Shown here in pieces: positions 52,024 through 62,465 of a stretch of 64,000 bases of DNA. The DNA lies in contig CAVPLT010000002.1 of NCBI GenBank assembly GCA_963706325.1, positions 1 to 64,000 on the forward strand. The letters are read 5' to 3'. The translations under genes and the position numbers were made by a program. The notes under the pieces are model-generated. The model was not told the origin of the DNA and searched no databases. It worked only from the letters and a program-made list of their open reading frames with translations. Numbering within the stretch: the stretch's first letter is position 1; every line of letters starts with the position of its first letter. The stretch is from an uncultured Nitrospiraceae bacterium. Its GTDB lineage: Bacteria; Nitrospirota; Nitrospiria; Nitrospirales; Nitrospiraceae.

Positions 52024-52517
52024 GCGCTAGAGGACTCAAAGGAATGATCTTTCAGCAGAGACGGTCGACGGACTTCACCTCCGATGTCAAAGGCGACCAG
52101 CCCATCCTGGGATATGGGGTAAACACGTTCGGAAAGTAGGATGTCTAGATTCTGAAACAGCATGATGCAGTAGGCTTTTATTTTTTTAGCCAAAGGAAGA
52201 TTCTCGGTGAGGCGGCCCGAACTGCTCCTGACTCACCCTGGCCGATCGTTGTTCATGGTTGGGTAGCGTGTCCCGGGCAGGGGGATACTTAGATTGTCTA
52301 GCATGAGGACAGATCTGTTTAATTCAAAGATCAGGTTAGCCTTCCGGGGAACGTTATAAGTTCCTTCAATTACACAACCTTTGTTGTCCGTCTGCGATCA
52401 GGCAATCAGGTGTCCTCAGCCAACAGGAGCTATGTATCATCCCCCCTCCGGCTCTCAACTTCTGATCTCAGTCAGACAACCTCCATTTCCATCTAGATTT
52501 TCATATGCTTGGATCAT

Positions 52518-52551
52518 GCTACATTGAGAACTGATAAGTAGTTTATCTCAA
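52518..52551 (+). promoter_or_regulatory. Extended -10 plus degenerate Fur-box/inverted repeat upstream of the FAAL pseudogene
   Basis: TGcTACATT overlapping TTGAGAACTGATA...TCTCAA; 12 of 13 nt match the 31955 box read on the minus strand. Confidence 0.45.
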
Positions 52552-52672
52552 CTTGATCCAATTCCGGAAAATGAACATGCGAATTTGGCACGCCTCGCGT
52601 GCAAGATTTCCATGTGCCTACGTCTTGCAGATTAGGTTCGAAGTCACAAACAATCATGGAAGCAAATGTGTA

Positions 52673-54198
52673 ATGTTGATACAGCCACGTATCGGTGATC
52701 GCTACACCTTGATCGATATTCTGCGCTCGCGGGCCTTAGCGACCCCGTCGCAGAGAGCCTATACGTATCTTCGTGATGGAGAGACCGATGAGATGTATTG
52801 GGAGTATTGGGAGTTGGACCGCCGGGCTCGGCGCGTTGCGGCCTGGTTGCAATCATATGGAGCCGCAGGCGAACGCGCGTTGTTATTGTTTCCGCCTGGT
52901 TTGGCTTACCTGGCAGCTTTTTTGGTTGTTTGTACGCCGGCGTAACTGCAGTCCCTGCTTATCCGCCGCAGCGAGAGCGCGGCGTGCCGGGCGTGCTGTA
53001 AATACTGCATGATTCACAAGCTGCCTATGCGTTAACGACCACCGCTGTACGCCAGGCCTGTTGAGCGGCTCTCGCCACGCTTTCGAGGACTTGAGCAGCT
53101 GACGCGACTGCCGTGGCTGAACACCGACCGAGGCACCGGGTGCTGAGCATTACTGGTATCCGCCGGACATCAACGCTGACAGCCTGGCATTTCTCCAGTA
53201 CACATCCGGTTCCACCGGATGCCAAAGGCGTGAAGGTCAGTCATGGCAATCTTCTCCATAACCAGCGAATGATTCAGGAGGCATTCGACCATACCGAGCA
53301 GGCCTGCATCGTTGGCCGATTGCCGCCGTACCACAAACTCGAGGGTTTAACGGCGCAGAGCCTGTCCGGGCAGGCACCATCGAACAGTTCAGCCGAAGCT
53401 TCGCCGAGTGTGGCTTCCGCCGACACGAGTTTTATCCCTGTTACGGTTTGGCTGAGGCGACTCTTCTGGTCACGGGTGGAATCGCCACCGCTCCGCCCGT
53501 AATATGGAAAAGCGACCAATCGGGGTTCAATCTCCGTCCATGTGTACGACCAACCGAGGCGGTCCCCGGACTCTGTTTCTCGTAGGCTCAGGCGTCACCG
53601 GGCACGATCAGCAAGTCCGCATTTTCCATCCACAATCAAGAACGGTTTGCCCGGACGATCGTGTCGCAGAAATTTTGATCAGCGGGCCGAGTGTCGCCCA
53701 GGAGTATTGGGGACGAGAGGAGGAAACGTGCGACACGTTCCATGCCACCCTTGTCGATACCCTGGAGGGCCCATTCCTGCGCACGGGAGACTTAGGGTTT
53801 TTGCACGACGGAGAGTTGTTTGTGACTGGGCGATTCAAGGACCTCATCATCATTCGTGGTCGCAACCACATGCGCATGACATTGAACGGACGGTGGAAGA
53901 ATGTCATGCAGCGCTCAGACCTGGCGGGGGAGCGGTCTTTTCTCTAGTGGATGACGACGGAGAGCGATTGGTCTTGGTGCACGAGGTCGCACTCCGTGCC
54001 AAGCACCTCGATTGCAATGCAGTCATGACGGAGAGCCGTCCAGCAATGGCGAAGCAACATGGAGTCCAGGTCTATGCCATTCTCCTCATCAAAGCTGGGA
54101 GTCTCCCCAAAACTTCCCGTGGAAGGGTCCAGCGAAGTCTTTGCCGCGTGAAACTCTGGAATGAGACCTTCGAGATGATAGGGCAGACCGTGGCATAG
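52673..54198 (+). pseudogene. Fatty acyl-AMP ligase (NRPS starter-type) pseudogene
   Basis: ERALLLFPPGL, AVPAYPP, FLQYTSGS, KGVKVSHGNL, PCYGLAE, FLRTGDLGF, GRFKDLIIIRGRN and LPKTSRG motifs scattered over frames, with in-frame stops and an apparent internal deletion. Confidence 0.88.
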
Positions 54199-54365
54199 GT
54201 AGTGGGTAAGTCCCGAGGAAAACGTAGGAATAGTGAAGCCACGTCGAAGGCGGCATAGCCCATCCCACATGCTCAAGTCTGGCGTCCCCGCAGAGTCTCC
54301 AATGCAGGGCCCTTCATCTGTCTTCACCCGGCTGAAAGATTTCCATGAGTTCCGACGGTTCTTGG

Positions 54366-54923
54366 CTAGCTTTGCGTCCCAATTGGCCTCACACCGGCTT
54401 TGGCGGGTTTCGCAGCAAGATCCTTCACAAGACTTAGGTGTTCCTTCAAAACGGGGAGAGTGGCGGAGGCCCATTCACGGACTTGGATATTCTTCAGGGC
54501 CTTGGACTTGGCTGTAAATTCAGACACGTTCTTCTGATGACCCGCCACCTCAAGCTTGAGGTAGGCCCGTTCGAATGCCCGCCCCGACAATGACGATAAT
54601 TTTGCTTTTGCCCCATGCCGTCCGTCTGTTTTCGTTTCCGTCAGAGTCACACCCAGAGCTGCTGCCAGCTTGCTGATTTCCTGGCTTGCCTTGGTGTGGT
54701 CCTGTACCATTCGTTGAGCAAACTGCTTCACCTGTTCGCTTTCCGACCGTTCCACCGCGAGTTGACTCAGCCTGATCTCAGACTGCTGCCGCTGGGCTGC
54801 GGTCTGGAGAAAGGCGGCATCCGCCTTTCCAAGGAACTCCTGCTCCGCCATCGCGGTCGAAACAACCCCGAGCAATATGGCGAACGTCAAACCAATCGTC
54901 GTCCTTTGCTGCGACGTAAACAT
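54366..54923 (-). CDS. DUF4142 domain secreted protein
   Basis: Signal peptide ending AMA; DAAFL, VKQFAQRMVQDH, FERAYL and TLPVLKEHL motifs. Confidence 0.88.
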   Translation of the reverse strand: MFTSQQRTTIGLTFAILLGVVSTAMAEQEFLGKADAAFLQTAAQRQQSEIRLSQLAVERSESEQVKQFAQRMVQDHTKASQEISKLAAALGVTLTETKTDGRHGAKAKLSSLSGRAFERAYLKLEVAGHQKNVSEFTAKSKALKNIQVREWASATLPVLKEHLSLVKDLAAKPAKAGVRPIGTQS

Positions 54924-54989
54924 CCGGATTCCTTTCCTGTTCGAAACATTCGGTACGTATGCCAGTAGTGGCTGCAGATCCGGGCGACG

Positions 54990-57173
54990 CTATTTGGGTC
55001 GGTTCCAGTGGCGATGTTTGCTGATGGCTTCAATGAATGCATCAGCATCCGACCCCTTTTGGCCAAAGACCACTCCAGGAGCTGAGGTGATACCGACCGC
55101 CTTCAAGATTTCAGCGCCCTCCTGGTCGGCAGCCAGCGCCTTGCCGTGATTATAGGCTTCGCGGACGAAATGACGGCTCTCATAATCGCCCAAAAGTGTG
55201 TTGACGCTATCCTTGCCGCCTGGAATGTACACCGCGTCGTACATCACTGAATCGGCCGTCGCCAATGACTTATCGATCCGCAGCTGATCGCCGGACGTGC
55301 CCTGTAGCATGCCCAAGTGCGGAGCAATGAGTTCCGCCGTCGCGCCCTTTTGTTTGAGACGATCTTCCATGCGGACCAGTTCGGCACTGTTCACTCCGTC
55401 GGCCGCGAGGATTGCGACTTTCCGGCTCTTGATCGAATTTTTCGGACCTTCTTCCTGACTCAACCCCTTGGCCTTTCCCGCCTTCGTACTGTCTTGCCCA
55501 TCGGGAGCCTTCAGTCCCAGATAATTGGCTACCAGCTTGGCCAACTGCCCATCGACTTTGGACAGGTGAGTGACCATCCGCTGTTGAACGTCCTTTTTGG
55601 ACACCTTGCCGAGTTCAAACTGAAGAGCTTGGCGAATGTGCTCCTGCTCGGGCAGGGTCAAACTGTTATAGAACAGTGAGGCCTGGCTATAATGGTCACC
55701 AAAGCTCGCGCTACGCTCCCGTACCTTGGTCCCTTCGACGCGAGATGGGTAGTGCACGTAACCACCCTTCTCCGCAGACGCTTCCTTTGGTGATTCCGCC
55801 AAAGAATTCGGTTCGTAATTCGCCTTTCCTGCACGATTCGCAAAGCGCATCTTGCCGTTTTCCTGAAAATTATTAACCGGCGACTTGGACTGATTGATCG
55901 GCAACTGGACGAAGTTCGGCGTGCCGAATCGATTCAGCTGCGTATCGAGATAGGAAAAAAGACGGCCTTGAAGGAGCGGGTCGTCGGAGACATCGATTCC
56001 TGACACCAGATGACCGGGATGGTAGGCCACCTCTTCCGTTTCCGCGAAAAAATTATCCGGATTGCGATCCAGAATAAGCTTGCCCACGCGCTGAAGAGGA
56101 ATCAGGTCTTCCGGCCAAATCTTGGTGGGGTCAAGAACGTCGAAGGGAACCTTCCCTTTGTCTTCTTCAGGCAGGAGTTGCAGGGCCAGTTCGTATTCCG
56201 GAAAGGCGCCGTTTTCAATCGCCTCCCACAGGTCCTTGCGGTGAAAATCCGGGTCCTTACCAGCGATGAGTTGGGCCTCATCCCAGACCAGCGAGTGCAC
56301 TCCCAGCTGCGGTTTCCAATGGAATTTTACGAAGGTCGATTTGCCCTGATCGTTCACCAGACGAAACGTATGCACGCCGAACCCATCCATCATGCGGTAG
56401 CTGCGCGGGATCGCGCGGTCGCTCATGACCCACATCACCATGTGCATGGATTCCGGCGTCAGGGAAATGAAGTCCCAAAAGGAGTTGTGCGCCGTCGAGC
56501 CTGTCGGCACTGCATTGTCGGGCTCCGGATGAAAGGAATGCACGAGGTCAGGAAACTTGATCGCGTCCTGGATGAAAAAGACCGGGATATTATTCCCCAC
56601 GAGATCCCACACGCCGTCTTTGGTGTAAAACTTGGTGGCAAATCCGCGCGCGTCACGAATGGTATCGGCTGTTCCGCGCGACCCGTTCACGTTGGAGAAG
56701 CGCACGAAGACCGGCGTCTTCACCGCCGGGTCAGCAAAGACCGCAGCTTTTGAGTATTGCGTGAGCGGCTTGTACACCTGAAAATAACCATGCGCACCTG
56801 ACCCACGCGGATGCACCACCCGCTCAGGCATCGGTTCATGGTCGAAGTGCATCATTTTCTCCCGAAAGTGAAAGTCTTCCAGCAGCGTCGGACCACGTCC
56901 GCCGGCCTTTAGCGAATTGTCATCGTCGGCGATACGGACGCCTTGATTGGTGGTCAGCGCGGGGCCCTCAGCCACAGACGGTTCTTTGGCATCGCGAGCA
57001 GCTGTCTTGTTCGCTCGTTCTGGATTCGATTCCGCCGAGAGGTTCAGCGGCATCACCCAGGAACTCGCCAATAGGGCCACGGTTCCGGCCAACGCCATCA
57101 CTGTCTTCAGACCGAATCGCCGGTCAATGGTCTCAACCAACCGTGACGAAATCCGAACTCTGCAGGTCATCAT
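54990..57173 (-). CDS. katE: Large-subunit heme catalase (HPII type) with N-terminal export signal
   Basis: FDHE-PERVVH, DLVGNN, RLFSYLDTQ proximal Tyr, C-terminal DJ-1-like domain; DRRFGLK followed by a hydrophobic stretch and LSA. Confidence 0.93.
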   Translation of the reverse strand: MMTCRVRISSRLVETIDRRFGLKTVMALAGTVALLASSWVMPLNLSAESNPERANKTAARDAKEPSVAEGPALTTNQGVRIADDDNSLKAGGRGPTLLEDFHFREKMMHFDHEPMPERVVHPRGSGAHGYFQVYKPLTQYSKAAVFADPAVKTPVFVRFSNVNGSRGTADTIRDARGFATKFYTKDGVWDLVGNNIPVFFIQDAIKFPDLVHSFHPEPDNAVPTGSTAHNSFWDFISLTPESMHMVMWVMSDRAIPRSYRMMDGFGVHTFRLVNDQGKSTFVKFHWKPQLGVHSLVWDEAQLIAGKDPDFHRKDLWEAIENGAFPEYELALQLLPEEDKGKVPFDVLDPTKIWPEDLIPLQRVGKLILDRNPDNFFAETEEVAYHPGHLVSGIDVSDDPLLQGRLFSYLDTQLNRFGTPNFVQLPINQSKSPVNNFQENGKMRFANRAGKANYEPNSLAESPKEASAEKGGYVHYPSRVEGTKVRERSASFGDHYSQASLFYNSLTLPEQEHIRQALQFELGKVSKKDVQQRMVTHLSKVDGQLAKLVANYLGLKAPDGQDSTKAGKAKGLSQEEGPKNSIKSRKVAILAADGVNSAELVRMEDRLKQKGATAELIAPHLGMLQGTSGDQLRIDKSLATADSVMYDAVYIPGGKDSVNTLLGDYESRHFVREAYNHGKALAADQEGAEILKAVGITSAPGVVFGQKGSDADAFIEAISKHRHWNRPK

Positions 57174-57546
57174 GTAGGCCTCTCTCTTTGCCGGAAGTGT
57201 GAAGCAACGTTGCGCTGTGTGGTAATCTCAACAACTCTTGGTCATGCCGTATGCAATCTTCAGGCTCACCACTCGCGGACCATTGCCTGCTCTTTTCCTG
57301 CTGAAAAGCTAGAAGCCCTCCGGTAATCTCCCGATTGTCGTGATCATTGGGTTGCGTTTTGTCCTGATACGGACAAACTGTCCTGTGGGACTGCACCCAG
57401 AATGATGGACGTCACAGCGATGCACCGCCGATTGTTGACCACACTAGAGGTGATACGTACATTGCACTGGCCCGGCCCTTGCACTGCAAATGAACCGTAC
57501 CGGCCAAGTGCCTTTGCAAAAAAACGAGTGGGTGAAAGGAGTCTGG

Positions 57547-59403
57547 ATGAGCAGTATGAAGCAGAGTTGTGGTGCCGTCGTCGCGGCTGATGGAGCGATG
57601 GAATGGCGTGTGTGGGCTCCCAACGTCAAGGCCGTCGATCTTATTCTGTTCGATCAATCGCAGCGGAAGGTAGAGGCCATGACGCCCGAGCCGCATGGCT
57701 ACTTTTTATACCGTCGACATGCCGTTTCCGATGGGCAGCGTTATGCCTATGCGCTCGACAAGGGACCGGAGAGGGGAGATCCCGCATCGCGCTCGCAACC
57801 CGATGGAGTGGCCGGGTCTTCATCTGTCGTGTTGCCGTCATCTTTTCAATGGTCGGATGAGGCTTGGGGCGGGGTCCGGCGCGAGGACCTCGTATTTTAC
57901 GAACTTCATGTCGGAACGTTTACGCCCGAAGGAACCTTCGATGCCGTCATCCCCCGCCTTCCGGCCCTTCGCGAGCTTGGAATCACCGCTGTGGAATTGA
58001 TGCCGGTCGGGCAGTTTCCCGGCAGGAGAAATTGGGGCTACGACGGCGTCTACATATTCGCTCCGCAAGATAGTTACGGGGGACCGGCAGGCCTGCAACG
58101 GCTGGTCAATGCCTGTCATGAGGAAGGCCTCGCCTGCATTCTGGATGTTGTCTACAACCACGTCGGCCCGGAAGGCAATTTCCTATCGGAATTCGGCCCG
58201 TACTTCACAGATCATTACCGTACGCCTTGGGGACATGCGGTGAACTATGACGGAGCCGGGAGCGAAGCCGTCCGTGCTTTTGTGACTGATAATGTTCGCA
58301 TGTGGATTCGCGACTATCATGTGGACGGGCTCAGACTGGACGCCGTCCATGCAATTTATGATTTCGGAGCCAAGCACATCTTGCAGGACATCAAGGAGGC
58401 CGCCGATCAGGCGGCCCAGGGGCGGGGATATCCCGCTCATGTCATTGCCGAGAGCGACTTGAACGATGTTCGCATCCTCCTTCCGAAAGATCATGGAGGG
58501 TATGGCCTCGACGCTCAATGGAGCGATGATTTTCACCATATCGTCCATACCCTGCTGACGGGCGAACGTCAGGGATACTATGCCGACTACGGCGACCCGG
58601 AACAGTTGCGGAAGGTCCTCGAAGAGACTTTTGCCCTGGATGGCTGTTACAGCCGACATCGCGACCGCTCCCATGGCGCACCTGCGGCGGGACTGCCTGG
58701 TGATCGATTCGTCGGCTGCATTCAAAACCACGATCAGGTGGGGAACCGAGCCGTCGGGGAACGGCTGGGGGCGCTTGTAAGCCCGCCTGCGCAACGGCTG
58801 GCCGCCGCATTGCTCTTGCTGGCTCCGCATCTTCCGCTGTTGTTCATGGGCGAGGAATACGGTGAGGAACACCCCTTTCAATTCTTTTGCAGCTTCGACG
58901 GCGAGGAGTTGATCGAGGCGGTTCGTCAGGGTCGGAAAAGAGAGTTTGAAGCGTTTCATGCAGCCGGGATGGACGTGCCTGACCCACAGTCTGAATCGAC
59001 GTTCGAGGGCTGTCGTCTGACCTGGCATTGGGATGATGCGCCGCGGAAGGCAGGTCTAAGGCGTCTCTACCAAGATCTTTTGAATGCGCGACGATCATGG
59101 CCCGCATTGCGAAATTATGCCGAACGGATGGCCAAACTCCATCCGGGACCAGAGGGTCCCATCGTGCTGGAATTGGTAAGAGGAGGGGTAAAACCGGAAG
59201 CCGGCAAAACAGTGCAAGCCTTCTGCAATCTGACGAACATCACACAGGTCTTGCCTGTCAGGGATGTGACGACTCTTTTGTTCAGTTCTGAATTCGACCG
59301 CTACGACGGAGGACGGCGCCCTGAGACCGATGTACTCCAACTTCTGCCCTTCGAATGCGTAGTAATTGGGCCGTCCGATTGGAAAAAATATGGCCGCGCC
59401 TAG
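57547..59403 (+). CDS. treZ: Malto-oligosyltrehalose trehalohydrolase
   Basis: DPASRSQPDGV, YELHVGTF, RNWGYDG, DVVYNH, GLRLDAVH, QNHDQVGNR, FMGEEYG. Confidence 0.93.
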   Translation: MSSMKQSCGAVVAADGAMEWRVWAPNVKAVDLILFDQSQRKVEAMTPEPHGYFLYRRHAVSDGQRYAYALDKGPERGDPASRSQPDGVAGSSSVVLPSSFQWSDEAWGGVRREDLVFYELHVGTFTPEGTFDAVIPRLPALRELGITAVELMPVGQFPGRRNWGYDGVYIFAPQDSYGGPAGLQRLVNACHEEGLACILDVVYNHVGPEGNFLSEFGPYFTDHYRTPWGHAVNYDGAGSEAVRAFVTDNVRMWIRDYHVDGLRLDAVHAIYDFGAKHILQDIKEAADQAAQGRGYPAHVIAESDLNDVRILLPKDHGGYGLDAQWSDDFHHIVHTLLTGERQGYYADYGDPEQLRKVLEETFALDGCYSRHRDRSHGAPAAGLPGDRFVGCIQNHDQVGNRAVGERLGALVSPPAQRLAAALLLLAPHLPLLFMGEEYGEEHPFQFFCSFDGEELIEAVRQGRKREFEAFHAAGMDVPDPQSESTFEGCRLTWHWDDAPRKAGLRRLYQDLLNARRSWPALRNYAERMAKLHPGPEGPIVLELVRGGVKPEAGKTVQAFCNLTNITQVLPVRDVTTLLFSSEFDRYDGGRRPETDVLQLLPFECVVIGPSDWKKYGRA

Positions 59404-59450
59404 ACACACACACAGACCCTGTCCTGCCTTTGATTCCATAGAGGCAGAAG

Positions 59451-59915
59451 ATGAATGAATCCGGGAATCTGTCTCGCGCCGACCTGTATGATCGTCTTCG
59501 TAGCCAAATTCAGCATGAAGATAATGTCATCAATATTCGAGTAGTCTGGCAGCTCTTAGGTCAGTCGTTCTTCTTCAGCACGTACGCAGCCGTCCTCAAT
59601 TCAAAAGGAGAAGCAAAAAACGTCCTGTTTCAGCAACAACAAGAGTTGCTGCTCTGGGCCGTGCCGATTGCGGCATTAATAGCCGGCCTGCTGGCAAGCA
59701 TGAGCATCTTTTCCTCTCTCTATACCATTGAACATTTGGGGACTATCTACGACCGCCATACAGACGACAAGGACCAGAGCGCTAAATCGTTTCCATCGCT
59801 CCGGGGCCCCGAAAAGGCACGTGTATGGGCTCTGGTCCCTCCGATCGGACTTCCTATTCTCTTCATCCTCATTTGGACGATCATCTTGTCAAGACTGATA
59901 GCAGGCGCACTATAG
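59451..59915 (+). CDS. Small multi-TM hypothetical protein
   Basis: GAGG RBS; IQHED--IN-R--W---QSF motif and three hydrophobic segments. Confidence 0.65.
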   Translation: MNESGNLSRADLYDRLRSQIQHEDNVINIRVVWQLLGQSFFFSTYAAVLNSKGEAKNVLFQQQQELLLWAVPIAALIAGLLASMSIFSSLYTIEHLGTIYDRHTDDKDQSAKSFPSLRGPEKARVWALVPPIGLPILFILIWTIILSRLIAGAL

Positions 59916-60145
59916 CCGCGCCGCCCGACCTGTCTTCTCGCTTTGGTGTGGGGTAGGCTGGGCGCCTTTTACCTCTGGACTGGCGCGAGAGTCAGAGAAG
60001 GAATACGGGCGAGCGTGGCAAAACGAGGGAAATTTCCGCCCACTAGTGGGGGTAGCGCAGAGTTTTTCAACTGGCTCGGTGTACTCACTTCCTCGGCTAG
60101 GATGAATGCTAATGGGGCCGGCCGGTAAATGACCACATTCGCCCT

Positions 60146-61750
60146 TTAATCCGACGTTGTGACGGCCTTTCCTTTGAAGGGTTTGCCTTCCAGCCCCGGC
60201 AACACCGCATCCAAAAAGGCATTTTTAAATAGGGTCACGACCATTTCCCATGTACTGGCTTGTGGGTTCTCAACCGGTCCTGACACATCGGCCTTCGTCG
60301 CCACCTCGCCACGCGGGGTATTTTTGAGGACGCTCGAGGCCACATTGATGGTCTTCTCGAAAATCTTCGTGAGCAACCCCTTATCTTTGTCCTGTTCAGG
60401 GTCGTAAGCGGTCACGTCTTTGAAGAGGGGCTTCAAATATCCCTTCACTTGTCCGTCCTTCACGGTCATCTCACTAAAGACGGAAAAGACTCCTGCGGCG
60501 ACATCGGCGCCGCCATAGGCCCGCAGCATGTTGTTCAGGGACTTCACTTGGGTTTTGAGAATTTTCACGCTGAGGTCAAAGTCGGGGGATTTCGTCTCCG
60601 GCCGAAACGAACCTCTGATTTGGGTGGCGCCACTGCCCATCAGCAAACCCTTGAGCTGAACCTTCGCCGTCCCTTCCGATAGTTGATTACTCCAGTTCTC
60701 CAGTTCGATATCCGTTCCGCTGATGAACATGCGATAGGAGGGGGTGGTGGCTTGATTCACAAAACCGAATTCGCTGTTTTCGATCTTTCCTTGATCGATG
60801 CGCAAAATGAGAGTGGGATGATTGGCAGCCTGCTTAGCTGCTTCCGCTGCCTTCTTGCCGTTCTCCTTCACCTTCTTTTCTGTCCGGGCCGAGTGGATGA
60901 AATCCCCCTTCACTTCCTGCAGTGCCAATGTCCGGAGGCGCACCTCTTGCACCGTAGGAGCATATTCAAGATGCCCGGTGGTGGAGAGGCGTCCTTGCGA
61001 CAGATGCACCTGATGCTGGGCCGTGAGCGGCAGCACATCTGCAAGTTCAATGTCAGTCAGTGAGAGGTCCGCCTTCACGGCTATGGTCGGTTCGGCAAAA
61101 AAATCGGCATGACCGTCGAGCTTGAAACGGCCCTTCTCAAAGACCACAGCATCGATATGCAGGTCCGAGGGATACTCATGGGCCTTCGAGCGCACGTTGC
61201 GAATGTTCTCCACTGTGACGTTCAGTTGAGTGATGTGCAGGGGCTTTGACTTGGAATTTTCCCGGTACGTGACATCCCCGTCCGTAATGCGGACTTCGTT
61301 GACCTGGACCTCCTGGAGGGCGAAAAGGGCTTCCTGCCAGCTCTGCTTTTGGTCCGGTGTGGCCTCCAATTCCTTGGCCGCCTGCGGCCGGGTGAAGTGA
61401 ATGACCGGATGTTCGATCGCCTCATCGGTCACAAGGCGACCGCGCAGTAAGGCACTCCACTGGAGACTGCCATGTATTTTCGAGACCGCGACCAGCGGCG
61501 GCTCCGGGTGCTTTTTTTGCCTCACTGTGACGTCTTCCAGATCAAGTGACAGCGTGAGGGGATGGAGGTCAAGGGCCCCGATGTGAACCGTGTAGGCCGG
61601 CAAGCGTTGGTTCAACTCACGTTCGGCATAAGCCCGCAGTGGCTCGTCGAGGAACGAAAGCGCAATTCCGATTACCAACAGAATTCCCACAGGTATCGCA
61701 ATCCACCTCCAGCCTCGCGACGACGCTCCGGGCATGGCTGGGACCTTCAT
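60146..61750 (-). CDS. DUF748 (AsmA-like) domain protein
   Basis: N-terminal TM; LQWSALLRG, VKGYLKPLF and ENPQASTWE...NAF motifs. Confidence 0.85.
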   Translation of the reverse strand: MKVPAMPGASSRGWRWIAIPVGILLVIGIALSFLDEPLRAYAERELNQRLPAYTVHIGALDLHPLTLSLDLEDVTVRQKKHPEPPLVAVSKIHGSLQWSALLRGRLVTDEAIEHPVIHFTRPQAAKELEATPDQKQSWQEALFALQEVQVNEVRITDGDVTYRENSKSKPLHITQLNVTVENIRNVRSKAHEYPSDLHIDAVVFEKGRFKLDGHADFFAEPTIAVKADLSLTDIELADVLPLTAQHQVHLSQGRLSTTGHLEYAPTVQEVRLRTLALQEVKGDFIHSARTEKKVKENGKKAAEAAKQAANHPTLILRIDQGKIENSEFGFVNQATTPSYRMFISGTDIELENWSNQLSEGTAKVQLKGLLMGSGATQIRGSFRPETKSPDFDLSVKILKTQVKSLNNMLRAYGGADVAAGVFSVFSEMTVKDGQVKGYLKPLFKDVTAYDPEQDKDKGLLTKIFEKTINVASSVLKNTPRGEVATKADVSGPVENPQASTWEMVVTLFKNAFLDAVLPGLEGKPFKGKAVTTSD

Positions 61751-61799
61751 ATGTTCTCCTCTTTGACCAAACAGGCGGCGGAAACTACATGTAGCGGTC

Positions 61800-62399
61800 T
61801 CACGAACGAAGCATCTTCTCACGCGATTGCTTGGCGTCCGCAGCTTCGCCGGCGGTTTTCACGTCCTTTTCTTCCTCGGGTGGTGGCAGCACCGCGGGGA
61901 GCCCCAAAGATTCCAGCCACAATTCTCGGCTCCAGCCCATCGAATGGTACAAGTGTTCATCTTCTTGATCTTCGATTTGCGCGCACAGTTCCTGAAGCGC
62001 CTGTCCTTGCTTGCCGGACAGCTTCTGAGCAGCCTGACCCAGCAGTTCCCAATTCTGGTGATCTTTGGTTTCCGCGTTCACGACGCATTCCGTCGCGACG
62101 AGTTGAGCCGCTTGTGGATTGTTTCCTTTGAGGGCCATCTGCATGGCCTCGACGAGCGATTCGCCTTTGTGGCGCACGATTTGTCGTCCCCGGGTCTCTT
62201 TGGCGGGATCCAGTCCTAAGGTATCCATGAGCATCCGCAACTGTTGCTCATGATCGCGCGTCTGCTCGAGGTATTTTTCCCATTCCTGCTTGAGATCGGC
62301 GTTCACCGCGCAACGAATCGCCGTCTCATAGACTTGTACGCCTCCCGCTTCAGTTTCCAGGGCTTGATAGAGTAGTTCGTTCATCTGGTCAGTGTTCAT
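61800..62399 (-). CDS. Ferritin-like (DUF892-related) protein
   Basis: LYQALETE-GG-VYE, EQT--HE, ETKDH and EDQEDEH di-iron-type ligands. Confidence 0.8.
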   Translation of the reverse strand: MNTDQMNELLYQALETEAGGVQVYETAIRCAVNADLKQEWEKYLEQTRDHEQQLRMLMDTLGLDPAKETRGRQIVRHKGESLVEAMQMALKGNNPQAAQLVATECVVNAETKDHQNWELLGQAAQKLSGKQGQALQELCAQIEDQEDEHLYHSMGWSRELWLESLGLPAVLPPPEEEKDVKTAGEAADAKQSREKMLRS

Positions 62400-62465
62400 A
62401 GCGGCTCCTCGTGATAAAGATATGAGTCCAGTTCGGGCCTCTGAGATCCTGCGATTGCTTCGTCG

